A stretch of DNA of 64,000 nt from a virus, in the IMG/VR virus record IMGVR_UViG_3300042934_000426, positions 32,001 to 96,000 of that record; one strand, 5' to 3'. Positions 38,120 to 48,201 of the stretch are shown here, piece after piece. The translations under genes were made by a program, and so were the position numbers. Position 1 is the stretch's first letter. Each line of letters opens with the position of its first letter. The notes under the pieces were generated by a model. The model was not told the DNA's origin. It searched no databases and saw only the letters and a list, made by a program, of their open reading frames with translations.

Positions 38120-39262
38120 TTACACTTCGTAAATAATCGAATTGTTAACGGCAATCGTGGTCGCTCCGACCGTTATGTTATCCATTACGTACGACGTGCC
38201 GTTGTTGACGGACAAATTCACTTTAATATCATAAACCCCGTTGACGAGCTTGATAAGAGCGGAAAGTTCGGAATGGACGATGGTTTGTCCTAAACGAAGA
38301 CGATAGAAGAAGGACTGAATTTCTTTTTCGACCATTTTCTTTACGTCACTTTCGATTGCCCACTCTGCAACCGTCAATTTCAGTTTAATTTTAACATAGG
38401 TCACATTGGCTGGGTAGATGTTCACTTTCGTCCCCGCAATTTTATAGCCGTATACCCGTGACCCATTGACGTCGGTATATCCCCGAAGGATTTTCTGTAT
38501 TTCGGTTTGAAGGTTAGCCGAAGGTGCTCCTACCCCATTCCATACATACAAGTCTACCTGACCTAGCTTCGTTACCAGGTCTTCGGTCGCACTTGCTTGT
38601 AAAACTTGTTCCGTTACAAGACCATTGCTGTCCACAAGCTTCGCTGTCTTCGCTCCGTATTCAATAGCGGGTAGTGTTCCCCTAGAGTTCGAATCCATGT
38701 AATCCTGAAAACGTACTTTTTGGTCTTCGGGTGTTTCTTCGTCCTTCCCGTTAATGAAGGCTCTTGGATTGGTCACCGTATCAAGACCGAAGGGCTTTTG
38801 AACGAAGGTGTTAATCGTTCCCGCTTCGACGTTGCTAACCGCTCCCGCTTCGTTGCATATCACTAACACTTCGACGGACGTATACCCGATGGGTAACACA
38901 GCGTCCACAGCGGTATGGAAAATGATAGGCGGTCGGTATTCATTCGGCTCTGCGATAACTTCGGTTCCCGCTGGGATAAAAATCTCTTCGGTCGAAGGCT
39001 CTTCACGTCCAAAGATAACGGTGTCGGAAGACGGAACCGCTTGTGCCTTATCGAAGCCGATAACCGCATACAGGTTCGTTTCGATTAATTTCTTCGCGGA
39101 ACGGAAGGCACGGTCATACAATCCTTCAATCGCTACAGCGAAGGCTTCGAAAAGGGTACGTATAACTGACCCTCTTCGGAAGTCTGTAAGTTTCGGGCTC
39201 ACCGCCCGTGCCCATTTCATCATTTTGTCTAGCGTTTGTTCTTTACTCTGACGTTCGAACAT
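38120..39262 (-). CDS. baseplate J-like protein
   Basis: GSVIRTLFEA, IPAGTEV, G..SNVEAGTI, NGKDEET. Confidence 0.9.
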   Translation of the reverse strand: MFERQSKEQTLDKMMKWARAVSPKLTDFRRGSVIRTLFEAFAVAIEGLYDRAFRSAKKLIETNLYAVIGFDKAQAVPSSDTVIFGREEPSTEEIFIPAGTEVIAEPNEYRPPIIFHTAVDAVLPIGYTSVEVLVICNEAGAVSNVEAGTINTFVQKPFGLDTVTNPRAFINGKDEETPEDQKVRFQDYMDSNSRGTLPAIEYGAKTAKLVDSNGLVTEQVLQASATEDLVTKLGQVDLYVWNGVGAPSANLQTEIQKILRGYTDVNGSRVYGYKIAGTKVNIYPANVTYVKIKLKLTVAEWAIESDVKKMVEKEIQSFFYRLRLGQTIVHSELSALIKLVNGVYDIKVNLSVNNGTSYVMDNITVGATTIAVNNSIIYEV

Positions 39263-40209
39263 TATACCGTGCCCCCTATCTGTAGACCTATTAGCTCTAT
39301 AACCTCTTCTAGGCTCACGACTTTCATTGCTACGTCTATTCTAACCGACCCTTCGGAAGGCTGTATATGAATGTTTTTTATCGTAGGTTCATGAATTCGG
39401 TCTTCGTAGGAAAGAGCCTCTAATATTTCGATTTCTAAGCGCTTCGGAAGTGCTTCTGCTGGGATACTTCCATTTCCGATAATCGTAGGAATATTGGTTC
39501 CCCAATTATAATCGCTTGGATTATCCCCTTTTTCCGCTTTTAATCGTTGGGCAACGGCTTGCTTCACATTGTCGACGAAGCTAACGGTAGCAAGGTCACC
39601 GTTTAAGGATATCACGAAGTCGTCTTGCTCTAACTTTATGTCCTCTCCATAAAAATACTTTGCTCGGTTGTAGCCTCCATCCGTAGTCAAAAGGATATCG
39701 TTCTCTTCCGAAGGAATAAACAGGTAATCCCCCGTTGTTAAAACTTTGCCTTCGATACCGCCCCGAATCGGGCTAGGATTGGTGACGACGGAAAAGTGAA
39801 CGAAGTGTCGAGCGAAGTCGTCCCCTAGCACTTGCACCGCATTATTCAGCGTATTTCCCTGTAAACCTGGAACCATGGAACGGACGTGCAAATAAGCTTC
39901 GGAAGTCCCCGCTGGTATTGTCACATCTTGTGTGGTTACGTAGGTTTTGACGACGGCATTGAGAATACTCGGCTTCGTATGAAGCTTCCAGCCTTTTTTC
40001 ACTGTTACGTCCGATTGGGCATTTTCTCGTTTCACATACATGTACCCTTGGGCATAGGTAAGGAAGCGGTCTTCGTCTTCGGTGCTGATATAGGGACTAA
40101 CTAGACTATTATATTCAATAATATCCATTACCCTAGTTTCATTTCCGAAGTATCTTACGGATAACGATTCGAGCGTGTCCATATCCGTCAATTTATGTCG
40201 TACAGGCAT
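39262..40209 (-). CDS. baseplate protein: LysM-like N-terminus and gp25-like C-terminus
   Basis: DTLESLSVRYFG...IIEYN; GDLATV..NVKQAV..RL..EKG..WGT. Confidence 0.7.
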   Translation of the reverse strand: MPVRHKLTDMDTLESLSVRYFGNETRVMDIIEYNSLVSPYISTEDEDRFLTYAQGYMYVKRENAQSDVTVKKGWKLHTKPSILNAVVKTYVTTQDVTIPAGTSEAYLHVRSMVPGLQGNTLNNAVQVLGDDFARHFVHFSVVTNPSPIRGGIEGKVLTTGDYLFIPSEENDILLTTDGGYNRAKYFYGEDIKLEQDDFVISLNGDLATVSFVDNVKQAVAQRLKAEKGDNPSDYNWGTNIPTIIGNGSIPAEALPKRLEIEILEALSYEDRIHEPTIKNIHIQPSEGSVRIDVAMKVVSLEEVIELIGLQIGGTV

Positions 40210-40222
40210 TGGCTATCGCTCC

Positions 40223-40609
40223 TTATATGGCGTTTTTATCCACTTCGTTAGAAGGGTTGTAAGGCTCCGTGCTGACGTATTCGTTCCCGTTGGCTGTATG
40301 ACTATACAAAAGGTCGTTAAACCCCTCCTGGATAGCTCTAATGTTGATTAGAATGTCATAGCATACGTTCGGGGCTCTACCTAGCACATCACATACATTA
40401 TGGCTCGTTTCTAGTACGTTCCGAAGTTCGGCTATATTCAAGTACACTTTTTCTGCTCGTCTATCGTTATACGCGTTTATCGCTTCTTGAACTTTTTGTG
40501 CGTAGGTGTATATCAAGCCTATATCCGCACTAACCGTCGCTACTTCAGGGAAATTAGAATAGAGAAATTCTTCCTTTGGGCTTCGTTGGCTTTTCGGTAG
40601 TATACTCAT
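40223..40609 (-). CDS. virion-associated hypothetical protein
   Basis: ORF within the baseplate operon. Confidence 0.55.
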   Translation of the reverse strand: MSILPKSQRSPKEEFLYSNFPEVATVSADIGLIYTYAQKVQEAINAYNDRRAEKVYLNIAELRNVLETSHNVCDVLGRAPNVCYDILINIRAIQEGFNDLLYSHTANGNEYVSTEPYNPSNEVDKNAI

Positions 40610-41223
40610 TCAATTATCCACCCCCCGCTTCGCTGGTACCCGCTTCGTTCGAACTGGCTACCTATCTCCCCCATGTAGCTTATCGCATTGGTTAGGTCGG
40701 TACTTACGTGGGCATTAGGGTCGTAGCCTGTTTTGCTTAGTAAATCTTGTTGCCCTAACTTTTTCGTACAAACAAAACGAAGCTCATAGCGGTAAAGCGT
40801 GGCTTCTGATTTGCTTCGCATTAAACGGAATGATAGTGGAACGACTTTGTAGAATTCGGAATCTTCCCAATTAAACCAATACATTTCGATTTGTGTCGAC
40901 TTCGTTTCCACATAATAGCGGTAGACTTTATCTCGAAAAGCTTTCCATTCGGTATACCCATCGAATACGTCACCTGACGCTTTTCTCCTGGCGTGGAAGC
41001 CTGTTGTGCCTGAAATAGACACATTCGGTAACCCCTTACCGAAGTCGCTGATATACGCACCGCCTAGCGTTTGTACGACGTTCGTTCGTGGCGGTTCATC
41101 CATGGACATATCAGAGGGATTCAGCAAAAGCGTATGGGTATACACAATTTTACCGTTGTTCCGAATCTCGAAGGTATATTTATAAAAGCTTCGAGCTAGT
41201 CGTGAGGATAGTAATTGTGGCAT
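40606..41223 (-). CDS. tail tube initiator/baseplate protein
   Basis: LNPSDM..R.NVVQTLGG..ISGTTG; position. Confidence 0.6.
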   Translation of the reverse strand: MPQLLSSRLARSFYKYTFEIRNNGKIVYTHTLLLNPSDMSMDEPPRTNVVQTLGGAYISDFGKGLPNVSISGTTGFHARRKASGDVFDGYTEWKAFRDKVYRYYVETKSTQIEMYWFNWEDSEFYKVVPLSFRLMRSKSEATLYRYELRFVCTKKLGQQDLLSKTGYDPNAHVSTDLTNAISYMGEIGSQFERSGYQRSGGWIIE

Positions 41224-41236
41224 GTATAAACCCCCT

Positions 41237-41815
41237 TTACGTGTTATCGATACTTAAATTTTCTCCATTAGCGGTGATACTAGAGCCCGTCATGGTGATG
41301 TTTCCTGATAAAGAAATCGCGGGTGCGACTACTTCGACTTTTGTTGTGCCTGTTAATTTAAGTGTAGGGGCAACTACTTCGACTACTCCCGAAGGTCGAA
41401 AAACGCGGGTCTTCGTGGATGTTAGTTCCACGTAAGGACGTTGCTCCTTCTTCGTATCGTCTAGTAGATTACCTTCTCTATCCTTATCCGAAGCGGGAAG
41501 CTGTACCCGTACGTAGTCTTTTCCAATCAAGATACGATTAGACGTGTAGGACTGATTACGAACGAATCCCGCCATATACGGGGTGTCTTTTCTGCCTTCC
41601 ATATAACCGACAATGACCATATCGCCTTCGATAGGCTCACGGTCGACGTCGCCTAAGACCCATACGTTTGTTGTGGCTCCATAGTCTAGGAATACGACGT
41701 CGATTTTCCCGTACTTCTTATAGTTGGCTACACTAACCACTTTGCCTATTTTTGTTTTTTCATAGGTGGGTGTTCGATGTACCTTCGGACTTCCTAGTGA
41801 GTTTTGTCTTTGCAT
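41237..41815 (-). CDS. baseplate spike (gpV/gp45-like)
   Basis: OB-fold IGKVVSV, P.EGDMVIV, C-terminal beta-repeats. Confidence 0.65.
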   Translation of the reverse strand: MQRQNSLGSPKVHRTPTYEKTKIGKVVSVANYKKYGKIDVVFLDYGATTNVWVLGDVDREPIEGDMVIVGYMEGRKDTPYMAGFVRNQSYTSNRILIGKDYVRVQLPASDKDREGNLLDDTKKEQRPYVELTSTKTRVFRPSGVVEVVAPTLKLTGTTKVEVVAPAISLSGNITMTGSSITANGENLSIDNT

Positions 41816-41827
41816 GTTACCACCCCT

Positions 41828-43336
41828 TTAATTGACCAATTCGTTTAACTCCATTCCCCTTGTCACTTGGAGCGTTGTTGTCCAGCCTTCAAACACGTTA
41901 AACGAGTGTGAAACGCCTTCGACGTAGAATTCCTTCGTAAACGAAGGAGAACGGTACACGACACGATGACCTACTCGGATATTGGCGTTCCCTCTGATTT
42001 CCAATGTTCCCGACCAATAGTTGTGATTATTCTCATACCAGGCTTTGAGTTTGGCGGTGTATGCCTTCGTCATGGTTTCGAGCGTCTTTCCGTGCTTATT
42101 CTTTTCGCTTTCTAAGATTTCAAGCCCTTCGATATCCACTTCGAGCGGGCTTAATCCGTAGCGCTTCACATGAGATTCGTTTATTAAAGGCGGGCACGCT
42201 TTTTTTAGGTCTATGCCTAATGGATTAACGGTTGTTCCCGCCCAAAATAAATTGTAGTGCTCTCCGTCGCTTTTGGTTAGGTCTTCGTAGTGACATTCGT
42301 CTGCGTCGATTCGGTGGCTGACTAAACGGCTTCGAAGAGCAGAGCTGTAAGGCGTTTCACGAAGGCATAAAACCACCTTCGCCCCGTCTTCTCCGAATTG
42401 AAAAGACGTACCTGGGTAAAATCCTTTACCCTTCGGAAGGTTACCTTTTTCCACACTACTTGATTCTTCGACTTCATGCGGTACCGCTCTTCCTACTTCG
42501 GATGGATTCCATGCTTCATTTGGGCTTCGTACGTCTATCCATAGTTCAGTAAACGGTTTAATCGAAGCTCGTTCAAGCATATTCCATAATGAGCCTTCGT
42601 ATTGGTCAGCACTAAAGAGGAAAGGAAGGAAGAAGTTAATCTTTCCTAATTGATAACGGATAATTTGCCCCGCTTGTATCGTTTGCTTTCCTTTTCTGCC
42701 CCCGCCCATTTCATTGTAAACCGTCCACTCGGTATCATGGTATTTCATAAAGATATACCGCATGATATTGTCAATGAGTACGGCTGGTGTTCCTTTCATA
42801 ATGCTGTCAGCGGTAAATACTTTCATCATTTCTATCCAGCCTACTTCGGTCAAGAAATGGCTCGCACTACTTGTTTTTCCTCCAATAGCGGGATAAAACT
42901 TCAGTAAGTCTTTTACAAATAGCTTTCCGAAGTCTCTTCCTGAAATCGTCGTTTGAACGGTAGGCTCCCCGTTTTCTCCTACGCTTCGACGGACGCTAAT
43001 CGAATCGATTAAGCCCACCATGACCGTCGTGGTGACTTCGCCTATATAGCCCATTTCTATTACCACAATATCATTTGTGGTAAGGTAGGTTCGCCATTGG
43101 CTCCCCGCCAGGGAAATCGTGAAACTCCCAGCGGGGCTTTCTAGCGTTTTATTGGTCATAATGGATAACACTTGGTTCATCGGGTTTAAGACTTCTCCGT
43201 ACTGGTTCGTTTCTCCCCCGTAAGCATGGTAGCACTTTTCCTTCGTATGGAAACTCACTTTCAACTTCGGTTGATATACTCTAACGTCCAGTGGTGTTCG
43301 TAATACGTATTGCATTTCGGTGTTATTCGGATTCAT
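41828..43336 (-). CDS. baseplate hub protein
   Basis: AGSFTISL, ISGRDFGK, FYVEGVSHSF..WTTTL.VTRG; follows the tape measure. Confidence 0.7.
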   Translation of the reverse strand: MNPNNTEMQYVLRTPLDVRVYQPKLKVSFHTKEKCYHAYGGETNQYGEVLNPMNQVLSIMTNKTLESPAGSFTISLAGSQWRTYLTTNDIVVIEMGYIGEVTTTVMVGLIDSISVRRSVGENGEPTVQTTISGRDFGKLFVKDLLKFYPAIGGKTSSASHFLTEVGWIEMMKVFTADSIMKGTPAVLIDNIMRYIFMKYHDTEWTVYNEMGGGRKGKQTIQAGQIIRYQLGKINFFLPFLFSADQYEGSLWNMLERASIKPFTELWIDVRSPNEAWNPSEVGRAVPHEVEESSSVEKGNLPKGKGFYPGTSFQFGEDGAKVVLCLRETPYSSALRSRLVSHRIDADECHYEDLTKSDGEHYNLFWAGTTVNPLGIDLKKACPPLINESHVKRYGLSPLEVDIEGLEILESEKNKHGKTLETMTKAYTAKLKAWYENNHNYWSGTLEIRGNANIRVGHRVVYRSPSFTKEFYVEGVSHSFNVFEGWTTTLQVTRGMELNELVN

Positions 43337-43344
43337 GCTACCAC

Positions 43345-46300
43345 CTACCTTCGAGTTGGATTCACTAGTAATTTCTGTTGCTCGTAATCTTTAATCGCTT
43401 GGGAAATGAGCTTCCGAAGTGAACTTTCTGACCGCTCATTTAGGCTTGCTACGTCACCGCCCAGCTTCACATTTACCTGAATCGTCTTCGTCGAAGCGGT
43501 GTTTTCCCATTTACCGACGTCAGAATCACCCGCGCCTTGTAAGGCTTTCATGAGCTCCATTGGGTTTTTGTATGTCCCTTGTTTACTCAGATAACCTAAG
43601 TGTAAGTGAGAACCTGTAGTCGATTCCCCACTACCAGGCTTATTTCTATCCCCACCGATGTTTCCGATGTACTGACCTTGTGCAACTGTCGCGTTTTTGT
43701 TCTTCTTATCGAAGAACTCTTCTAAAATCTTAGGGGCTATCTTCGATAGGTGGCTGTAGAAGTAGGTTTCGCCATTTTCCATTTCGATACCAATTTCCGT
43801 ACCGCCTCCGTTCGTGTTCTTCTTCTTGTCTTTGTCATACTTTCCACCGTCGTCCATCGTAATGAACTTAATCCTACCGCCCGCTAAAGCTTGGATAGAA
43901 TCTCCCTGATTTCCGTCGATGTCTAAGCCCCCATGCGCTTTTCCTGTACGAAAGTTTTCCATAGCTCCGAAGCCCGATGTAATACGGTTCTGCCAGCCTT
44001 TGAAGAATCCGTCAGCGGTGACGCCTGTTGTAGGGATTCCGAAGTTGCTCATATACTTCGTTACGCCATTTACCCAATGCTGGTTTAAGCCTGTCGGGTC
44101 GTTCTTCGCTCCTACAGGAGCATACTTCTTTTGAATCTCTTCAATCGTCGTAAGTCCTTTGTCCGTATAGAGGCGCTTCAAGTTACTTGCCATGGCTTCG
44201 ATACCCTTTTCGATACTTTCGAAGCTCATTAGACCGTTTTTACCCATCATACCGCCTACGTTGTTTTTATTCTTTACCGCATTAGACGTCCCGTTTCCTG
44301 TTTCGTGCATAGCGACCGAAGCAAGAAAAGCGGGGTCAATACCATACTTATTACCCGCGCGCATAAAGGCTAGCCCTTGACCTGATAGCTCCCCTTTTAG
44401 CTGGCTGTCTAGCTGTTTACCTGTGACGCCTGACATCCTAGTGACATCATACCCACTTCCGAAGTTCCCGTTATCAAAAGCACTTCCACCAGGTATAAGC
44501 TCCTTCACAATCTCGATGAAATCGCCCCACATGGTCTTAAAGCCGTCTGCCCATTTCATATGGGTGTCGGTTACTTTGTCGAGCTCGGTTTTCCCATTTT
44601 CCTTGAATTTAATGAGTTGGTCGTTACCATCCCTCTTAAACTCTTCGAAGGTCTTAGCGGTGTGAACTTTTTGGGATTCGGCTTTATCTTCGACTTTCTT
44701 TCCTGAATGGAAAAAGCCTTCGACGCCTTCTTTTAGTCCTAGCCAGTTTTTCGGGTTCAAGTACTTATAGACGTCCTCTTCGTCAACGAAGGGAATAACA
44801 CTGGCTAGCTCTGTAAAGAATCGGTCTGTGCCTATGCCCGCTGTTTTCGGGTCTAGCCCCGCGTTTTTCGCCCACTCTTTATGTTGCTCTTCGGAACCTG
44901 GTTTCATTGCTTCACTAATCGCATAGCCCGTACCTAACGTTAGCGCGGTTGGTAACCCTAAGAATGGGATAATATTCGATAACGTATCTGCGTCCGTGTC
45001 TATGCTCTTCTTTTTCTTTTTCTTAGATTTCGACTTCTTTTTATCTTTGTCACCGATGACCGTTGAATCGTCATCATCGTCCTTGCCTCCACCGCCTAGT
45101 AGCGGTAGTCTTTCTGTTAGGATTGACCCTAGTCCCGCTATTGCGCCAACGGTCGCTAGCTCTTTCCAATGTTCTTTCATAAAATCAAGAATTTCTTTTG
45201 CGGGGTCACCCGAACTTGTAATGGCTTCGAGAACTTCGGTCACGGTTTCTTTTAGCTCCGTTACGACCGTTAAAATCGGCTGACCGATGTTTTCAAGTTG
45301 TTTATCGAAGCGGGAATTCACGTCAAGAATTTTCTGACCTAGCTGACCCATACGCTCCTGATACTTCGCTGTTCCGTCCCCGTTTTCCAGGTCTTTCATG
45401 ACGTCTGCCATTTTATCCTTATCGAAGGCGTTTAAGCCGTCTGTAGCGCTGTATAGGTCGTCTACCTGGCGCTTCGTCGCATTATAGCCACCGTCTTGTA
45501 ACCATCGTTGAAGCATACGCTTCATAAGGTCTTCGTTGCCACCTGATTTTTCCTTTAAGAAGTCAGCCATGGCGGGTAGGTTATCTTCGTTCATTAGTCC
45601 GTCTTCGAAGCTCATTTCTAGGTCGTATAGCCCCATATTTCCGTATTTCTTTGGGTTATGGCGCTGTAGGGCTTGCATGCCCATGTACTTCCAATTATTG
45701 CCTTCGCCAGGGGTATAAATGCCCCCTAGACCACCAATGATGTTCGCTCCTTGCTGACCCGTTAGTTTCATCATGCCTTGCTCCATACCTATTGTATCGA
45801 GCGTCGTTTGATAAGCGAGAATTTGTTTCGCTCCCGTGTCTTTTAACGTCGTATTCATTTGACCTAACAATCCAGCGGACGTTTGCATGACTTCGAGAAT
45901 ACGCGGGGTCATTCCTGACTTCGCTACCGAAGCCCCTATCATATCAGAGAATTCGCTTGGACTTGTGGTACCGCCCAGCTCTTTTACGGCTGATAAGCTC
46001 GAAGCGGTTTCTTGTACGTCTAGCCCATAAGCTCTTCCGAATTTTAAGGCATGTTCGGTTTCGTTCTCACTAAGGGCTCCCGCTTGTCGACTGAAGGAAT
46101 CTTGAAATTGCCAGGATTCTGCGGACGTGTAGCCCATTTTGTCACGTCGACCGATATCCCCCATCGTGTCCCACATACCTTTAGCGGAACCACTGTACTC
46201 GTCCCCTCTTATGCGCTGGGATAAGTCCATCGGGGTTACCTGGGAATCAAACGCTTTTTGGTAGGCTTCCATTGCCATCGACGTAATGCCTGATATTCCA

Positions 46301-46830
46301 GCTAGTCCGAAGGCAAATTTACCTAGCCCCATCATTTTGCCTATACCTGTACCGACTAGACCACGCTCGATATTACTTCCTTCGTGACCACCCGAAGAGC
46401 GACCAGCTCCCGAACCTGACGTCGGTTGCACTTCGTATCTTTCGGATTCTTGATTTCGGTTCTTATACAGGTCTTCGACCGCCATTAGTTTCTTTCGAAT
46501 TAAATCAAGCTCTTTCTCCCGTGCTTTGATTTGCTTATTCAGGTCTTCTTGTTCTGACCTAGACGATTTTTCCTTCTTACGATTTAGGTCTTCGACGACG
46601 GCATTTTGACGGTCGAATTCGCGGTTTAAGTCACGCATAGTGGACTTAAATCGCTCCCTATATAAATCAAGAGCACGAAGTTGGGTATCGTCAAACACTC
46701 CCCCTCTTCGTGCTCCTTTGTCTATCTCACCTAGGACACTATTAAGGTCTTTCTGAAGGTGTTTCAAACCCCGTTCGAGCTGACCGAATTCTCCCCTAGC
46801 ACTCACTCGTATTGAATGTTCACTAGCCAT
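43345..46830 (-). CDS. tape measure protein with glucosaminidase/lysozyme-like and M23 peptidase domains
   Basis: Helical N-terminus; YGIDP..HETG..NNVGGM; HGGLDI, YSHL, STTGSHLH. Confidence 0.88.
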   Translation of the reverse strand: MASEHSIRVSARGEFGQLERGLKHLQKDLNSVLGEIDKGARRGGVFDDTQLRALDLYRERFKSTMRDLNREFDRQNAVVEDLNRKKEKSSRSEQEDLNKQIKAREKELDLIRKKLMAVEDLYKNRNQESERYEVQPTSGSGAGRSSGGHEGSNIERGLVGTGIGKMMGLGKFAFGLAGISGITSMAMEAYQKAFDSQVTPMDLSQRIRGDEYSGSAKGMWDTMGDIGRRDKMGYTSAESWQFQDSFSRQAGALSENETEHALKFGRAYGLDVQETASSLSAVKELGGTTSPSEFSDMIGASVAKSGMTPRILEVMQTSAGLLGQMNTTLKDTGAKQILAYQTTLDTIGMEQGMMKLTGQQGANIIGGLGGIYTPGEGNNWKYMGMQALQRHNPKKYGNMGLYDLEMSFEDGLMNEDNLPAMADFLKEKSGGNEDLMKRMLQRWLQDGGYNATKRQVDDLYSATDGLNAFDKDKMADVMKDLENGDGTAKYQERMGQLGQKILDVNSRFDKQLENIGQPILTVVTELKETVTEVLEAITSSGDPAKEILDFMKEHWKELATVGAIAGLGSILTERLPLLGGGGKDDDDDSTVIGDKDKKKSKSKKKKKKSIDTDADTLSNIIPFLGLPTALTLGTGYAISEAMKPGSEEQHKEWAKNAGLDPKTAGIGTDRFFTELASVIPFVDEEDVYKYLNPKNWLGLKEGVEGFFHSGKKVEDKAESQKVHTAKTFEEFKRDGNDQLIKFKENGKTELDKVTDTHMKWADGFKTMWGDFIEIVKELIPGGSAFDNGNFGSGYDVTRMSGVTGKQLDSQLKGELSGQGLAFMRAGNKYGIDPAFLASVAMHETGNGTSNAVKNKNNVGGMMGKNGLMSFESIEKGIEAMASNLKRLYTDKGLTTIEEIQKKYAPVGAKNDPTGLNQHWVNGVTKYMSNFGIPTTGVTADGFFKGWQNRITSGFGAMENFRTGKAHGGLDIDGNQGDSIQALAGGRIKFITMDDGGKYDKDKKKNTNGGGTEIGIEMENGETYFYSHLSKIAPKILEEFFDKKNKNATVAQGQYIGNIGGDRNKPGSGESTTGSHLHLGYLSKQGTYKNPMELMKALQGAGDSDVGKWENTASTKTIQVNVKLGGDVASLNERSESSLRKLISQAIKDYEQQKLLVNPTRR

Positions 46831-46868
46831 AGATTACCCCCCTTTATGAAAACAAAGATAAAGGGAAG

Positions 46869-47243
46869 CTAGTCTATATCTTCCCAATCGTCTTCGTCTA
46901 TGATTTCCTTCTTCGGAAGTTGGTTATTAGCCGTCTTGTAGATAGCTGGTGTGTCCGATAAACGACGGTCTATCTCTTCGGATTCCTTATCGTAGTCATC
47001 GTAGTCACTGTCTACATAGACTTCCTTATTCTCGTTGCTATTCGCTTTATCTAATAAGATATGCTCGAATTCTAAGTCAATTTGTTCAGGTGTCATGGCT
47101 AGTATTCGTGGGTCAGTAGGTGGTAAGCACCCTCCGTTCCCCGCATAGAACTTCCGAAGGTACCACATTTTACGCTCACTTGGTAGCTGGACTATCTCCT
47201 TCAGGTTCAAACTTTTTACGAAAGGAGTTTTCCCATACCTCAT
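46869..47243 (-). CDS. tail assembly chaperone extension (GT part, probably reached by +1 frameshift)
   Basis: Overlaps the upstream chaperone in the +1 frame; lies just before the tape measure. Confidence 0.7.
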   Translation of the reverse strand: MRYGKTPFVKSLNLKEIVQLPSERKMWYLRKFYAGNGGCLPPTDPRILAMTPEQIDLEFEHILLDKANSNENKEVYVDSDYDDYDKESEEIDRRLSDTPAIYKTANNQLPKKEIIDEDDWEDID

Positions 47244-47631
47244 ATTGAGCGTAGACGTGATAAAGAACTTCAGGCTCTTTTACCTCTTCAATGTCTAACA
47301 ACCATTCAGGGCACTTCGTTACGACTGTTGCTAAAACAGCCATACAATGTGCTAATGTTTTGACACTATTGTCCACTAGGTTTACGTCCTTTACACCCGC
47401 TTTTCGAAGGTACTCGGATTTCTTTCCACCCATTTGCATGTATTCGAAGGTAGTCGGTCGTTTGAATTCTACCCAGCCTTGGAACTTTGTTCCGAAGTCC
47501 GATTCGAAGTCAATATACGTACCGTTTTTTAGGTTACCGCCTAGATGGATTTGCTCTGCTTGTTCTGCAAGTGCTTGCTGTTTCATTAGCTCTTGGATTT
47601 TCTCTAAATTGTCCTCATTACCCATGGTCAT
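47176..47631 (-). CDS. tail assembly chaperone (G)
   Basis: Between tube and tape measure; ends NSFR (TCC TTT CGT). Confidence 0.75.
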   Translation of the reverse strand: MTMGNEDNLEKIQELMKQQALAEQAEQIHLGGNLKNGTYIDFESDFGTKFQGWVEFKRPTTFEYMQMGGKKSEYLRKAGVKDVNLVDNSVKTLAHCMAVLATVVTKCPEWLLDIEEVKEPEVLYHVYAQYEVWENSFRKKFEPEGDSPATK

Positions 47632-47681
47632 TCTACCCAGCTCCGTTCTACATTTTGGTAATCAATTTCTCTTTCATTATA

Positions 47682-47714
47682 AAACAACCCCTACCAAAAG
47701 GGTAGGGGTGTTTT
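47682..47714. terminator. terminator after tail tube
   Basis: ACCCCTACC/GGTAGGGGT stem flanked by A and T runs. Confidence 0.65.
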
Positions 47715-47734
47715 CAGCTTCGGAACCTCTTACA

Positions 47735-48172
47735 TTAAATCGCTGTTTCCACTGTACCTTGGTCAGCGGATAAATAGTTCCATGTTGCGTTCTCGCCTGA
47801 AATAGCGTTTACTCGGAAGTTCTCGCTATAGTCAGCTAGTGAACAACCACGGTATACCACAACGATATCACCTGTAAAGCGGTCTGTGATTTCAATGTCG
47901 ATGACATTCATTTTCAGAATCCCTTCGCCTAGAACCGCTAGACCTAAGTCTTTTAGGGACTTCTTACGGATTTTAAACTTGTCGAAGGTTACGGAACCTT
48001 CGTAACGCAACGGTACGTGTTCCTGGGGCATAATGCTCCCAATTTCGTACTGTGCTTCTTGCCCAAAGGAACGTCTACCATCTACCGATTGAGCTCGTCC
48101 TACTTCTTGACCGCCAATTTTCAAACGAATCGTGTGACCCGCATGGGCTTGTTGGTTTGTTATGTTTGCCAT
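47735..48172 (-). CDS. tail tube protein
   Basis: VGRAQS, YEIGSIMPQEHV.LRYEG (Twort/SPO1-like tube pattern). Confidence 0.88.
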   Translation of the reverse strand: MANITNQQAHAGHTIRLKIGGQEVGRAQSVDGRRSFGQEAQYEIGSIMPQEHVPLRYEGSVTFDKFKIRKKSLKDLGLAVLGEGILKMNVIDIEITDRFTGDIVVVYRGCSLADYSENFRVNAISGENATWNYLSADQGTVETAI

Positions 48173-48201
48173 GAGTTTATCCCCCTTTTGATTCCGCTAA
48201 A

